Origin: Ministeria vibrans ATCC 50519
Lineage: Eukaryota > Protista > Filasterea
Assembly (NCBI GenBank): GCA_943704425.1
Contig: CALSCP010001704.1
Span: forward strand, 1-63,698
Direction of reading: 5' to 3'
Length of the DNA: 63,698 nucleotides
Under the pieces are notes generated by a model that was given only the letters and a program-made list of their open reading frames with translations, had not been told where the DNA came from and did no database searches. Numbering within the stretch: position 1 is the first letter of the stretch; each line of letters starts with the position of its first letter. This document shows positions 1-13,400 of this stretch, in pieces. Both the position numbers and the translations under genes were made by a program.

Positions 1-88
<88 letters not shown>
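1..88. repeat. (TAT)n microsatellite
   Basis: Perfect TAT array from the window start. Confidence 0.95.
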
Positions 89-382
89 GTCTCGTGAACG
101 TTGGCATAAAGTTCTCCCGTTCCCTTTCAAGAACCCTTCCGCGCATTGAGCTGAGGGAAGCCGCAATGCTGCACCAGAGACGGCGGTGTACAAAGTCTAC
201 CTGTTCCTCTGTACATTATTCTCGTGGGCGTATAAGTGGATCTATGGGCTTCTTTTGAAACATTCTCGTCAAGAAGACTACGGCGGAAATATTGTGCTTG
301 TTTTGTATATTGTTTTTGTTTTGACATTGAGTACAGCTCTATTATTTTCTTATAAATATTTATGTACACTGATGTTCAATGA

Positions 383-2308
383 TCAGAGGGTCTTGGGCGC
401 CTCGTAGAGACGATGAAAGCAAAAAGAGATAAGATCAGTCTCGAGGGCTCGCAGGGAGGGCACAGGAATGTGCTCGCGACGCCAGAAATGATCCCAATGT
501 GCGAGATCCGCTCCTTGCTCAGCCTCTCGCTCTGCTTCCTCCACCGACACCGCCTGCGCCACTCTACGCCCTTGCACTCCTCCCACGCACCGTCGACACT
601 TCAGTTGATCGTGTGTGTCTGACGCAGTGTCGACCTTAAATGAAAACAGGTCGCGTAGATCGTCTCGCGAAAAGTGTCGCGCCAAGTCCTCACATTCGTC
701 GACGACGGCCGCGGAAAGCGCCGTCTTGTGTGCCTGAAAGGAAAGGAAGAAAAAAGGAAAACAAAACAACAATAATATACTTATTAGTCCTATACACATC
801 ATATTATTTTGCATAAATTATTGAAAGCAAGACGAATAATATTAAGTGTACCTGACGTTGGAGAATCTTTTCCTCAAGTGTGCCCGTCGACACCATGGTG
901 TAGATGTAGCATTGACGCTTCTGACCGTCACGCCACACCCGCGCCTTGGCCTGAGCATCGTCGGATGGGTTCCACGACAAATCGAAAAGAACCTAAACAA
1001 TTTATTTAAAATAGTTGCTGCTACTATTCTTATTATTATTATTATTCTTTGTCATACCAAATGATTGGCCCCCACAAGATTAACGCCACAACCACCTGCC
1101 TTGGATGACAACAGGAAGCAGAATGTGTCGCTTGTGGGACGGTTGAATTCTACGTCCTCCCCCCCCCCAAAAAAAAAAAAAAACACACACACAAAATAAA
1201 CACACACGCACAATCTTTTTTTTTTTTTAAAAAAAAGACGTAATATTACTAAATTTCATCGCTCTTACCGTCGATGAGCTTTTGACGCGCCTTGATGGAG
1301 AGAGAGCCGTCCAGCTTGGAGCACTTGTAGCGACGGAGGCGACAAAGTGCCGCAAAGAGATCGAGCGTTTGTACAAAGGTCGAGACAATAACAACACGTT
1401 CGCCAGGCATTTTAGCTCGCACATGAGCCAGGAGCTTGTCGAGGAGATCCATTTTGCCAGACAGAGCGGGATTGAAGGGTATTGTCGCTCCCTTGGAAGT
1501 GGGACGCAAGAGTGCCTGTGCAGCCGCAATGGCCGAGGGAGGCGCATCGGCAGTGGCCGTGGCGTCAATGGCCGAGCGCACGGCGTCCATCGCAAGCGAA
1601 GGATGATTGCACAGCTGGCGAAGCATTGTGATCGAGGACAAGCTTGCGGCGCTCTAAAACACAACATAATAGTTTTACGTTTTAGTTAACAACTTATTAT
1701 AATAATTATTTTACCTTTCCGCTCAGTAATTTGCGGACGGCTTTTGATGCAAGCAAAAGGCGATACAGGTAATCTTGAACAGGAGCCATCTTGACCTAAA
1801 GTAGACAAAAACAAAACCAATTCAATATACAATCGTTTTTATTTTTAGCATGTACCACTAGCACCATTTCAGCTTTCACAGGGAGATACCTGAGCGAGAG
1901 AAAACAAAAATAGCCAACAGTTAGCGTTGAAAAGTGTCGCTAGCTGCGATGTTCTGACTTGAGATTGAGAGTGTTTGTGCGACGGATGGTGACGCGAGTG
2001 ATAATGGAGATGAGTTCGCGCTGACGTTCATTGGCCAGCACCACTTCTTTGTCCGTTGAGCCAGAGTCGCGGCCTCGCAGAATGGGCTGCTCAAAACGTC
2101 GACGAAACTCGGCAATGTCCCCTAAAAGGCCGGGGGTGGCAAAATTGTACAAGGCGTGCAGTTCCTACATCCACAACAACAATAATAATAATAATAATTA
2201 TTATCATTAGACAATGGTAAGATCCTCTGTGTTTGTGTTTGTGTTTGAGTTTGAGTTTGAGTTTGTGATTGAGTTTGTGATAGTGATTGTGATTGCTTTC
2301 GTGCTTGA

Positions 2309-2380
<72 letters not shown>

Positions 2381-4094
2381 GTGTGTGTGTTTGTTTGTTG
2401 TTGTTGTTACTTGCAAGTCGTTTTGCAAGGGAGTGCCAGAAATGATGACTCGGCGTACGGCCGAGAGTCCGTTGAGTGCAGTGTATGTCTAAAATAGAAG
2501 AAAAAAATCAATAAAAACTAAAAAGATCCAAAATATACCTGCGAGGCTGGGTTCTTGAGACGATGGCCTTCGTCGCAAAGAAGCAAGTCAATGACAGCCG
2601 TCTTAAGAAGCTCTACGTGCATTCGTGCCGTCTCGTAGCTGAGCACGAGGACCATTGGTGTTTGTCGACGCATTGTAGGTGAGGCTGCCATTGTGATGAA
2701 GTGATCGAGCTGGCGTACGACTTGGTCACGAGAGCCATTTTCAATAGCAATGACGGGCAAACGTGAACCAAGCCACTTGGTGACCTCATTGCGCCAGTTG
2801 GGTACTAGCGTTGCCGGTGCGATCACAATCGCATTGCGACACGTTGCCTTTGATTCGGGCCCCCTGCAAAAAAGTTCAACAAAACAAACATTCCATAAAA
2901 AAAAACAAGTGCAATGGTGCTCCAGCATACTGTCTGAGTAGCGTCCAAATGACCGTGATTGTCTGTAGTGTCTTGCCCAAACCCATGTCGTCAGCAAGCA
3001 TAGCACCTTGGACGTTCTCGACGGCTTGTCCAGTCAAACAGTTGTACATTAACGTAACGCCCTCGCGCTAAACAAAATGAATGAGTTATACAGTACATGC
3101 AAGTTTGTTTTGTGTGTTTGTGACAATAAACGAGAGGATAGGTTCAAATAAGACGGTATGGGTGCACAGTAATAAACGTGTCTTCGTTTTGACTTTTGGT
3201 GGTCTAAGTGTTTGTGTGTTCTTACTTGGTGTGGGCGCAAAAACTTGCAGAGAACTGGGTCGACGACCACATGCACAAGCTTCTTACTTTGATCAGCTTT
3301 CAGTTCGTCTGCCGCACTCTGCGGTGGTGGGGTGAACAGCACAAGTGCATTGTCGGCGTTGGGATCGTGCGCCGACACTCGCATGTACACCTTCTTCAGT
3401 CCCAACGCCACCGTTCCAAACCCCAATCGGCGCATGGGAGCCACCAATGCACCGGCACCTCCCCCAGCATCTTTAAGTGCGTTGATTGGCGCAGGTGGCT
3501 TGAAGGGCTTCTTCACGAGCGGTACCTGAACGAAAAACAACAAAAACCAACAAAAAAAAATTATAATAATTATTATTATTATTGTGTGTTGGAGTCCAAG
3601 TCACTCCCCACCCTTTATCCTCCTGTAAACACTCATAAAAACATAATAATTCTCGAAGTAGACAAGACCAGAGAGAGAGGTGGGAATGAGAGCGAAAAAG
3701 AACTTGAAAAAAGTGTGATAGTGAAACAAAAACGCGAACGCGTCGCGTTTGAACGCAACAAAGACATGGGCTGAAGCAGCCATTGCAGCGCAATTCCCTG
3801 TACCAAACAATGCTCAACTTACCCCACTCTGTGGTGGTGCCGCGCCTAGAGCGGTCAGCTGCAGTCTGTACGGCGACAGGAAAGCAACGTTTGCCGGCTT
3901 TTTTGCCGGCCGAATGTTTTCGTCGTCGTCCTCGCGCGTGCGTTTCGGTGGCACATATCGCTGGGTCGGTGCAACAATGACCACTCGTGGGGCAGTGCCC
4001 GAGTCTCGCAGCAGTTGCGACGGTGCTTTGCTTCGTCTCTATCGCCGTTTCATTTTAGTTTCCGTCTTGTGTTTGACAAGTTAAAGAATACCAT
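383..4094 (-). CDS. RAD54: DNA repair SNF2-family translocase RAD54 (multi-exon)
   Basis: Spliced N-terminus M|[10 protein letters not shown] (ATG-only exon at 4092-4094). Motifs: [19 protein letters not shown], Walker [13 protein letters not shown], Walker [66 protein letters not shown], and C-terminal [12 protein letters not shown]. The GT-AG junctions I checked keep frame. Stop TGA at 383-385. Confidence 0.95.
2225..2408. repeat. Compound intronic microsatellite (GTGTTT/GAGTTT/GTGATT hexamers, (CT)n, (GT)n, (GTT)n)
   Basis: Read directly, inside a RAD54 intron. Confidence 0.85.
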
Positions 4095-4322
4095 AGTCGC
4101 AATCAAATGCTACCACCGTCCACCGAGGGTAGTGTTTTGGCGATGACGTCTGATGAAGTAGTCAGGACAGTTTGGTTGAGTGTTTAAGAAATATTTTTGA
4201 ATTTTATTCGATTTATTTTTTTATCTTTCTTTCACACACTTTCACAGACAAATTAATCTCGCGTGGACGGGACAGTGTGGAAGATACACCACGGAGCAAC
4301 ATCACACCGTGTCTAGGCCACT

Positions 4323-6082
4323 ATGCGAGCACGACTAGCTGTTGGTCTTCTTGTGTACGGCGCAGTCGTTGCCGCCATCACAATGCAGCTCACGTCTATC
4401 TACCTGTCGGACGAGACGCTCAATCCGGTGCACTTGCGCCAGGCTGGTGTCGGCAGCAGCGATGCGTTGAAAGCCTCCACGCAGGAATTGGACTCTCTAA
4501 AGCGCGTACGTTTGTTGACGGAGAAGACAGACTATAAAACTTTTTTTTGGTTTGGTTTGGTTTGACCATCTTCTTCTTCTCTTGTCTGTAGCAACTCGCA
4601 ACAATGACCGAATCCAATAATCAGCTTCGCGAGGAAAAAACGAGGGTTGTACGAGAGGCCAGGGCAGCGACAGAAGCAGCAGCAGCAGCGGCGGCGGCGG
4701 CGGCCGAAGCTGCAGCGATTGGCACGGGCGAGACGCACAAGCCGGATGTATGTGCAGGGGCTGTACCTCTCGCCAACGAAGTACCGAGCCACGCTGCACG
4801 GTACATGTTGTCGTCGTTGCGCGATCATGACTATGGGCACATGCGTGTGGATGAATGTCGTGCACGCAGTAGCCTGTTTGCCACCATGTCCAGCTGGAAG
4901 GAACACGGAGCGAGGAAAAACGACACCAAACTGACCATTCGACCCGACAATGTGTGCATCCTTCATGTGGATCACCGCGATTTGTTTGAATTTGGCGCTA
5001 AAGGAATTCCCCGCAATCGATCACGCTTAGTCGACGCCGAAGACGGCGAACATGTGCCCTATTTCACTCAGGTCTTCTGGCTCAACTACTTGTGGGCGTC
5101 GCGCAACGGCTTCCGCTTCCACATCTACCACGACAACAAATGGGAATGGGACTACCGCAACATGGGACGTCCTCATCGTACTGTTCATTGGCGCAAGGTA
5201 AAGCCATGCGAGAAAGAGAGCGATGGGGGAAAATGCAACAAGAAAAAGCGGGAGGAAAAGGTGAAAGACAAAAAGAGAAACTCTCATCGTTTCTCTTTTT
5301 CTTATTAGATTCCAGGCATTCAACAAATGCTCACTGACGAGCCGCTATGTGAGTATGTGTTGTATCTGGACAGTGACGTGTATCTGCGAGGACGCGCGCA
5401 CGACATCCTCAAGCTCATCGAAGAGCAGCTGGGCAGCGGCGCGAACAGGGACACTGGCGAGCCCGTAGTGATGGTAACGCGCGATCAGACGGGTGAGAAG
5501 GTTGCGGCAAACACGGGCTCGCTTAACACAGGGGTGGTGGTGGTGCGGCGACATCCTATTGCCAATCGCCTCTTGAACCGCTGGTATTTTGCTCCCATGA
5601 CAAACCGCACGCTCGAGATGCACTCCAACAAGTGGCCCTATGACCAAGGCACTTTCAACGTGGTTGTCGCCGATGAATTTGCCGCCAATATTCGCATTGT
5701 GCCGCTACTCACGATGAACAGTCCGCAGGGACATCTCGCGCGACACCTCTGGGGCGGTACGTGTCAACGGCCTGCGTTGATTTTGTATTATATTAATATT
5801 ATTGCTATGTCTATACTATTATTATAATTATGTGCTAATAGGAATGTCCAATGCACAAGCGACGCTCTGGATGCGACATGCCAAGCTGGGAAATGTTATC
5901 AAAGGCATTCTCGCTGAGGTAAGCAACACTCGCACGCCAGCTTACCCGGTATACTCACCTCACTCTCCTTGCAACGTTAACAGCTACTGCATCCGTGTGT
6001 GGTCTCGCGTATGGTCGTTCCCAACGAAACGACCTCCATTGACATGATGCATGGCGTCTGGCCAAAGCCTTTTGTCCAATGA
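4323..6082 (+). CDS. Type II membrane glycosyltransferase, GT34 (MNN10/GMA12)-like
   Basis: N-terminal TM anchor and Ala-rich stem, then HWRK|IPGI, DxD motif YLDSDVY, LNTGVVVVR and WPYDQGTFN. Five exons; stop TGA at 6080-6082. Confidence 0.75.
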
Positions 6083-6161
6083 CACCCACACACGCACAGT
6101 TTTTGTGTCTATCTTTATCCTGACCTCTCGTATGCTGTTAATTTTTGTATAATGCATAAAA

Positions 6162-6413
<252 letters not shown>

Positions 6414-6497
6414 TATATTTCATGCATGAATAATTGAATTGGACGTTGGAAAAGGACCTTGATTTATTTAGATAGGAATTATCAAGGCTTTATAACA

Positions 6498-6828
6498 TTA
6501 CAATTCTCTGTGCCCCTTGCCGAACCATTCGCGCGTCACACTGGTTCCTGCCAGCAGTGACTCGCACTGGGGACGCATTCGTCCAATGCTTCCCGTCAGA
6601 CCTTTATTGAGTGCTAGATTTAGAATCCGCAATCGCTTAAAAGACTATCAAGAAAAAGCAATAAAATATACAGAGGAGGAATAATACGAGAAGTGAGTCA
6701 CTCAATGGCATTTTGTGTCGCTTACATCAAATCTTGGGACAGGACCGCTCAGTTGATTATCCTATTATGGTACAATAGTTAAGACATGAAAAATAATAAT
6801 AATAAAAATAACAACAGCAACAACAACA

Positions 6829-6859
<31 letters not shown>

Positions 6860-9257
6860 CACGATAATAATAAATTATTATTACTATTATTATAAAAAAT
6901 AATTAATAATAAATAAATAAAATTTAGATTATTGTTATACTAGAATGAGTTTACCTGCAACTGTACAAGTTCAAGCAACTTGAGTTTTGTAAATGTGCTT
7001 GGAATGGGCCCCTCAAAGCGATTGTTGAACAGATCCAATGAGCGAAGTTTCTTCCAATGCGTTCCCATCCACTCGGGAATGGGACCTGTCAGGTGATTTG
7101 CATCCACCCAAAACCTAAACACCCAACGACTCACGCTTACTCTCATTCCTCCCGTTTTAACGCTCTCGTACTTTTCCATTGATTCCATGTTCTTCCACGA
7201 CTCCGGAATGGGCCCTTGGATGCCCTCCCACGGGCACTGCCAGGGTGCGTCGTCCATCGACAGCTCTGCCTTGGCCTGGTACAACGGCCGACACTCCTCT
7301 CTGCACACGCCCATTCACATTCTTGTCAATAACTCCAATACTGAACAACACGATGGACTAATGGTGGTGGTACCTTCGAGGGTGATTGCGAGGGGGGCAG
7401 GCCCGGTTCTACAACACAAAAGTCAGTCACAACAAACATTTTCTCTTTCAAACTGTGCACGTTACCCCATTGTGAAACGAGTAGAACACAGCGAGCTTCT
7501 TAAGAGTGCCCCACTCCTCGGGAAGTGTGATGGGAGGCAGCTGATCGTATCCCTCAGGATTTACCTGGTTCTGCACCACATACCCCAACGTGTTCAGCTG
7601 TAGCAACACGAAAAGAGCAGAGCGTATTATTCAATAATAATCAATAATAATTATTGTTATTAATGCGTTTTTGATAGTGCTACTTGAAGGCGACGCAGCT
7701 CGGTGAGAGAACCAAAACAGGCAGGGAAAGGCCCTTGGAAGCCAGCCTGCACGGAGAGCAGTCGAAGCTGGTGGAGTGAGCAGATATGGGGAGCAACGAT
7801 GGAATAGTCGATAGCCGCCTTCAGTCCAGCTGACAGGTACAGGGCGCGCAGCGTAGGTGCAAGCTTGTGGAACCCAGCAGGCAACGGATTGGGTCCTTTG
7901 CTGAGGGACAGGTTCAGAACCTCGAGCTCCTCAAGTTGCGTAAAACTCTCCGGAATAGCATAGCCAAACTCATCTTCGCTGAGCCAAAAAGAGCGCAGTT
8001 TGCTGAGCGTCCCAAGCGAGTCGGGAAGGATCAGCTCTGACTTGACGTCCACGTCTGCAAAACGAGAGAGAGACAAAAGCAAAAAAAAAAGCACACAATC
8101 ACACACAGACAATAGCGTTATAATAATTGTAATAATAATAAAAACAGAGAGAGAGGAAATGAAACTAGGGAGAAAGAGACCAAAGAGAACGAAGCAAAGT
8201 AAAGAAACCCCAAAACAAACAATACGACGTTCTGCTTACGGTCAAGGGAGATCCCCACTATGCGACCATTCTCACAGGCAACAAGGGCGCAGAGGCACGG
8301 GAGATTTCGCAGATTGTCGCAGTGTGGCCACTCCTCTCCGTTTGCTGCATCAAAGAGATCTTGCCACGCCTTTAGATCGCCTTTGTCAACACGTGCACAC
8401 TCGAAGAGTTCGGCCTCAGAGCCTGCAAGTGTGCGGAAACCGAGTCAACTTTGTTCTATACATACAAACACACCGCGTACTTTTGTCGCCTTCTCGTCCC
8501 TTTTTATAGGCAATTGAGCAAGCAGAGTGTTGGGCAATTGTAGCATGCGGTGAAAGATCAAGCAGCTCTTTGTTGGCAAACACCTCCATCTACATACCCA
8601 AAATTTTAAAGTGAGTCGGGAGGCTCTGCAACAGAGCCTTTTGTGAACACCGACAATAGGCACTCTCCATTCATACGTACACACGTATGTACGCCTCCTC
8701 ATTGCTCTCCTCCCCATGTACACGCACCGTCATGGACACACGAAACACGCACAAACGCGTACAAACCGCAACATTATCAAAACGCCCGTTTTTCTCCTCT
8801 CTCTGCCTCCCTCTGTCCTCACCTCTCCCGCTCTCTCTCGCCATCTCTCTATCTTACCTGATGGGGTATTTTTTGGTACTTCTTCACCAATTTTCCGTAC
8901 AGATGGGGAATTTTTGAAGCATCCTCTTCAAAATTATGGAGTTTGTCAACGACGTCGACAAAGTCACTGGCGCAATCGGACCGTTCAAGCTTGCAGTTGG
9001 CCGGTACGACATAGCTGCCTACTTCGTCCATGGCGCCTTTGAGAACCTCGTAGGAAACGCGCAGCGGCACATCGCACTTGCAGCGTCGCTTGTATTGCTA
9101 CGCTGCGGGTTTCACTGCTCCGCTCGAACTTCGCCCAACCTACCTCTTGGAAACTCTGGATTCTTCCTTCTAGCTCTCTTTCATTATGGTTGTTCTGTGC
9201 TGCCGCCAGGGCCTGTGTGCAGTGGAAAAGGAGAAGGACAGCTACACCGACGTGCAT
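6498..9257 (-). CDS. Signal-peptide LRR protein (plant-type LRRs with N-cap), C-terminal HREL
   Basis: Signal peptide MHVGVAVLLLFHCTQALAA. N-cap AWQDLFDAANGEEWPHC...PCLCALVACENGRIVGISL. Repeats such as LRSLDLFNNRFEGPIPSTF, NHLTGPIPEW and DNQLSGPVP. The last exon reads ...WFGKGHREL-TAA (6498-6500). About 11 exons; phases checked by hand. Confidence 0.8.
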
Positions 9258-9667
9258 GTCAACAAAAAATTATTGAGTTATTCAAGTGATCAATTTTGGA
9301 AGTAAAGCCTCGTAAATTTAGTCACTGCAAAGCGAATATTATGATTAAAAATATAATACCACTTTCAAGACACTGTCACACACTCAGTCTCTCACTCACA
9401 CTCAAGTATGAAATAATTGTAAGTTATTTGAAACAATATTCAATCTGAGTTACATTATTAATGGAACATTGGTTGATATAGTACAGTGAATTGTTTGTCG
9501 GGAAACGTTTGTTTATTATTCTTGAGTTGAAATTTTCATACATCCATCTGATCTGATAGGCAACAGCCGGTAGCTAACTCGTGCTCACTCGTTGGCAGCA
9601 TAAAATGAATGAATCAAGGACCAGCCAGGCAGCCATTATAAACCAAGCGATGACAGATCAGGGAGGC

Positions 9668-10232
9668 TTACTCCTCGTCGTCATCGGAGTTGTGGTTGTC
9701 GCCGTCATCGTCGTCGTCGTCTTCCCCAGCCAACTTTGCTTCTTCCAACACCACCTTGCCCACCTTGTACTGCTGATTTACTTGATCCGTGTCGATATAC
9801 TTCCATCCCAGTTTCGCGTCGCACTGAGAGCAGTACACATCCGCCACTGTGTGTGTTCCCGTCAGAAGTTGCCTTACTTCGCGCATTCCCACCCGATAAT
9901 TCACGCTAAGAAACAAGTGGCGAGTAGTCATATAAGGTGTGTAAAGCAGCAAACCGTACACATCCGAGAACAGAATCGCTCGTCCTGTCGTCCCTTGGAA
10001 AGACTGGAGACAGAGAGAGAAGTTCAGGGTGAGGTGAACTTGTGAGGTGCTTGTGAGAATTGTGCACCTTGCTGATCACGCTCGACTGACAGGCCAGCGT
10101 CACAAAGCACGAGCGGCAACAGTATGTGTGTGCACCTACTCATCGGCTTGAGTAGCAAGAGGATGAGAGAGTGAGAGTGGACATACTCCCAATTCGCTTG
10201 TGAAACAACAAATCATTGCCGCCGCCGCCCAT
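9668..10232 (-). CDS. YPEL: Yippee-like zinc-binding protein (YPEL family, YPEL5-like)
   Basis: Spliced sequence: YCCRSC...VISK|SFQGTTGRAILFSD...LLTGTHTVADVYCSQCDAKLGWKY...QQYKVGKVVLE, with an acidic tail. Four exons. Confidence 0.9.
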
Positions 10233-10471
10233 GAAGGAAAAGTATTGATCCACACTCAAAAGGTCCACCAGGAATTACAAAGAAACCACTTATGAGTAAA
10301 GAGTTGGACTGATCAGTGTAGTCTGTATTCAGTGGAGGAGCGAGAAACAAACTGGCACTAAAATCTTCACTCTCAAGTCTTCAGTCTTGAATCTTCACTC
10401 ACTTGATCACTTCAGTCATCTTCATTCATCACATTTCACAAGTAGTGTGTACCTGATAACGTGTATCTGCT

Positions 10472-13400
10472 ATGCGCCTGAAGCCTCTCGAATTCTCTGC
10501 CTGTGCCAGTGACAGTCCTGTCTTTCGAGGTAAGAAACCCAATAAAAAAACACCCTTCCGTCTCGATTTGTGTGTCCTTTCGTGCCCCCCCTCCAACTCC
10601 TCCATGCCATGCACCCGCCCTCTCCGCCCGCTGACGTGTCCCCCCCACCGCTCCTCCCAGCGACCATCAAGGCTCACGAGCAGGCGACCGATTACGTCTC
10701 GTCCGGCATCAAGCAGCTCCAGAAGCAGGTAACCACCCCGTACCAGATACCCTTCGTGCTCTCTTTAAAGCCCCACCCCGCCCATCTTTTCCCACAAGGC
10801 CCAATATCAAACTTTATTCTATTTTTTTTTTTTTGTCGCGCTCGAATTTTTTTTTTCTGGTGTCATCTTGACTGCCACTGGACGTCGCACGACTGTGCTC
10901 ACGCCCACCCCCGCCGTACTAGCTCATAACACACTCTCGTGTAGTATCGAACAGTCAACGAAACGGCGCACGAGTACTCCAAATCGGAACAGACATTTGC
11001 GGAAACGCTCATCAACTTTCGTTTTGATGACTCTGAGACGTCCGAAGAGTTTGCTGGCACGGTAGGATGCCTTGACGTTCTCGTGTTGCTCTTCAGTGTG
11101 CCCGTTCAGCGGGACTGCACACGAAGGGAGTCGCTGCTGTTGCCTTCTCTCACTTGCGTTCGTTGCCCTTGACTAGGCTACCAACACTGAGGACGAACTG
11201 ATGATTGAAGGATCCTTTCACACATTTGGCGATCTTTTGATGGAGGTAGAAACGCTTCGAGGGTTCCTCTTGGACACCGGCATGGATCGTATCGACGGAC
11301 GTCTGCAAGAGTTTCGCAAACGCGACATTGTGGCGGTGCGCGATGCAAAGAAGAAGTTTGATCGTGAGTCGGAAAAGTACTACCAGGTATACTGAGAACA
11401 AGACAGTATCATGAATAACGGCTAACTGTACAAATATCTCGTATCGCTTTTGCTTTCCTTCAGGTGATGGAAAAGTCAATGGCAGTATCAGCGAAGAAGA
11501 AAGAGTCGGCTCTGAACGACGCAGACGCGGAAGTGGAAAAGGCCCGTCAAGAAGTAAGAGTGCAGTGCAAGAACCCCCTTGAACCCACCCTGTGTTGTTG
11601 TCTGTTTTTTTTTGTCATTTATTTCAGTGTCTTTATCGATAATTTCTCACACACGTTAATCTTGTTTATTCTTGGGTAGATGCAACGAGCGTCAATGGCC
11701 TATGTGCGAGAACTGAATGGACTGGAGGCAAAGAAACGCTTTGAGTTTGTCGAGCAGATTCTCGTTTACCTTTATCAATATAAGACGTTCCTTCACAGCG
11801 TAAGGCTCCCCTTTTCTTATATATACATTTTGCTCCTTCTCCCCCTCCATTACCTTTCTTCTCTCTCTCTCCCTTAATATCGTGGCTTTTCATCAGCTTG
11901 AGTGTAGACACCGCTTTTTGCGTGTGTCTCTGATCTCTCGAGTTAAACAAAGAGCCTATATTGCAACCCGCCTGTTTCTTACTTTAATTTGGTCCTTTGT
12001 GATTTCTACACAATCTATCGCACATGTATTGAAACTGTGGAACATTTTTTATTTATAATTTAGGCGTTTGAGCGCTTTTTAGAGCTGGAACCGATGCTAA
12101 TGTCACTGAGTGAGCGACTGAGTAATGCGCGAGGAACGTTTGAGGCGGGCCAGGAGCTGGTTGCGGAGCTGATGGAGAAGACAGAGGCCAAGGCGACCGC
12201 ACGCGCGCAGCAGGCGTCTACCATCATTGTACGTTTGTATATATTTTGTATTTCTATAGTGTTATATACTTTTGTATGTGTTCATTCTTTATTTTGTTAG
12301 GAAATGGACGATGTGCAAGAAGGTCACTTGTGCCTGCGTGAGAAGCGCAAAGGAGTGGGGCACAACTGGGTGCGCCACTACGGGAGGTACTCGCGCGAGA
12401 GCAAAGAGCTTAGTCTGTTCACGATTGGTCAGGGCCACACGCCCAGCGAATCGTACACGGTGACGGGCTGTCGCATGCAGGACGCGTCGTCGGACCGTCG
12501 CTTCGTCTTTGACGTGCTTTGCCAAGACAGCAAAACTTTGACGTGCCAGGCTCCCGGCGCAACCGACTATGACGAGTGGGTGTGTGCCATGACTGGTGGC
12601 GAGACGGTACCGTCTCGTGACCTCAAGGCGCGTCCTGTCACTGTCAAGAAGAAGAAAAAGGCGTCGTCCATTGCCAAGCGAGCGTCGCGCAAGATAAAAA
12701 AGTCGACGTTACTAAACCACGAAGCAAAGCACTTTATCACCGCCTGCATTGAAGAGATCGAGCGCAGAGGTATTTACACACCTCCATAACAAAAACATTC
12801 ATTATAATAAAATAATTATAATAATAATAATAATCTTGTTCATTTTTTTTTGTTCGTAGGACTGGACGAGGAGGGGCTGTACCGACTGCCGGGCTCACTG
12901 CTGCGCACAAACGATCTGCTGGCGCGTGGCATGGCCAACAAGCCGCTCCGTTTTGCTGAGGAGGAAACCAAGACACTTTGCAGTGCACTCAAGTCATACT
13001 TTCGCAAAATGGAGAACCCTCTTATGACCTTTGAGCTGCAAGACGAACTTCTCGAGATTGCCAGTAAGTTTCTTTATTCCACATCTCACTCTTACCACCA
13101 TTTTTGTGTCTTTTCTTTTCTGTAGAGCGTGAGCGAATGGCCGACCGAGTTACCGGACTCACACGGGTTATGTGTCGACTGCCACGCGAGAGTTATCTTC
13201 TCCTCAAAGAGCTCATGCACCATCTCAAACGGTATGCTGCCTTTTCCAGTCACACACTCACGCACACCACCAAGACACGCCACAAAGACACACCACAAAA
13301 ACACACACACACACACACATCACATCACAAAGACACACCACAACACACAACCACAATACACACTCAACTCTCTTTTTCACTTTACTCTGCCCGCCTTCTC

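Noticed and set aside
89-370. Exon-like or structured segment at the window start, including a frame with an in-frame TGA
   Set aside because: No recognisable protein, SECIS or RNA family. Probably the terminal exon or UTR of a gene outside the window.
4039-4053. In-frame TAG after ATG AAA CGG CGA at the RAD54 start, suggesting stop-codon reassignment
   Set aside because: The TAG is a 3' splice site. TAA, TAG and TGA all serve as real stops in this window.
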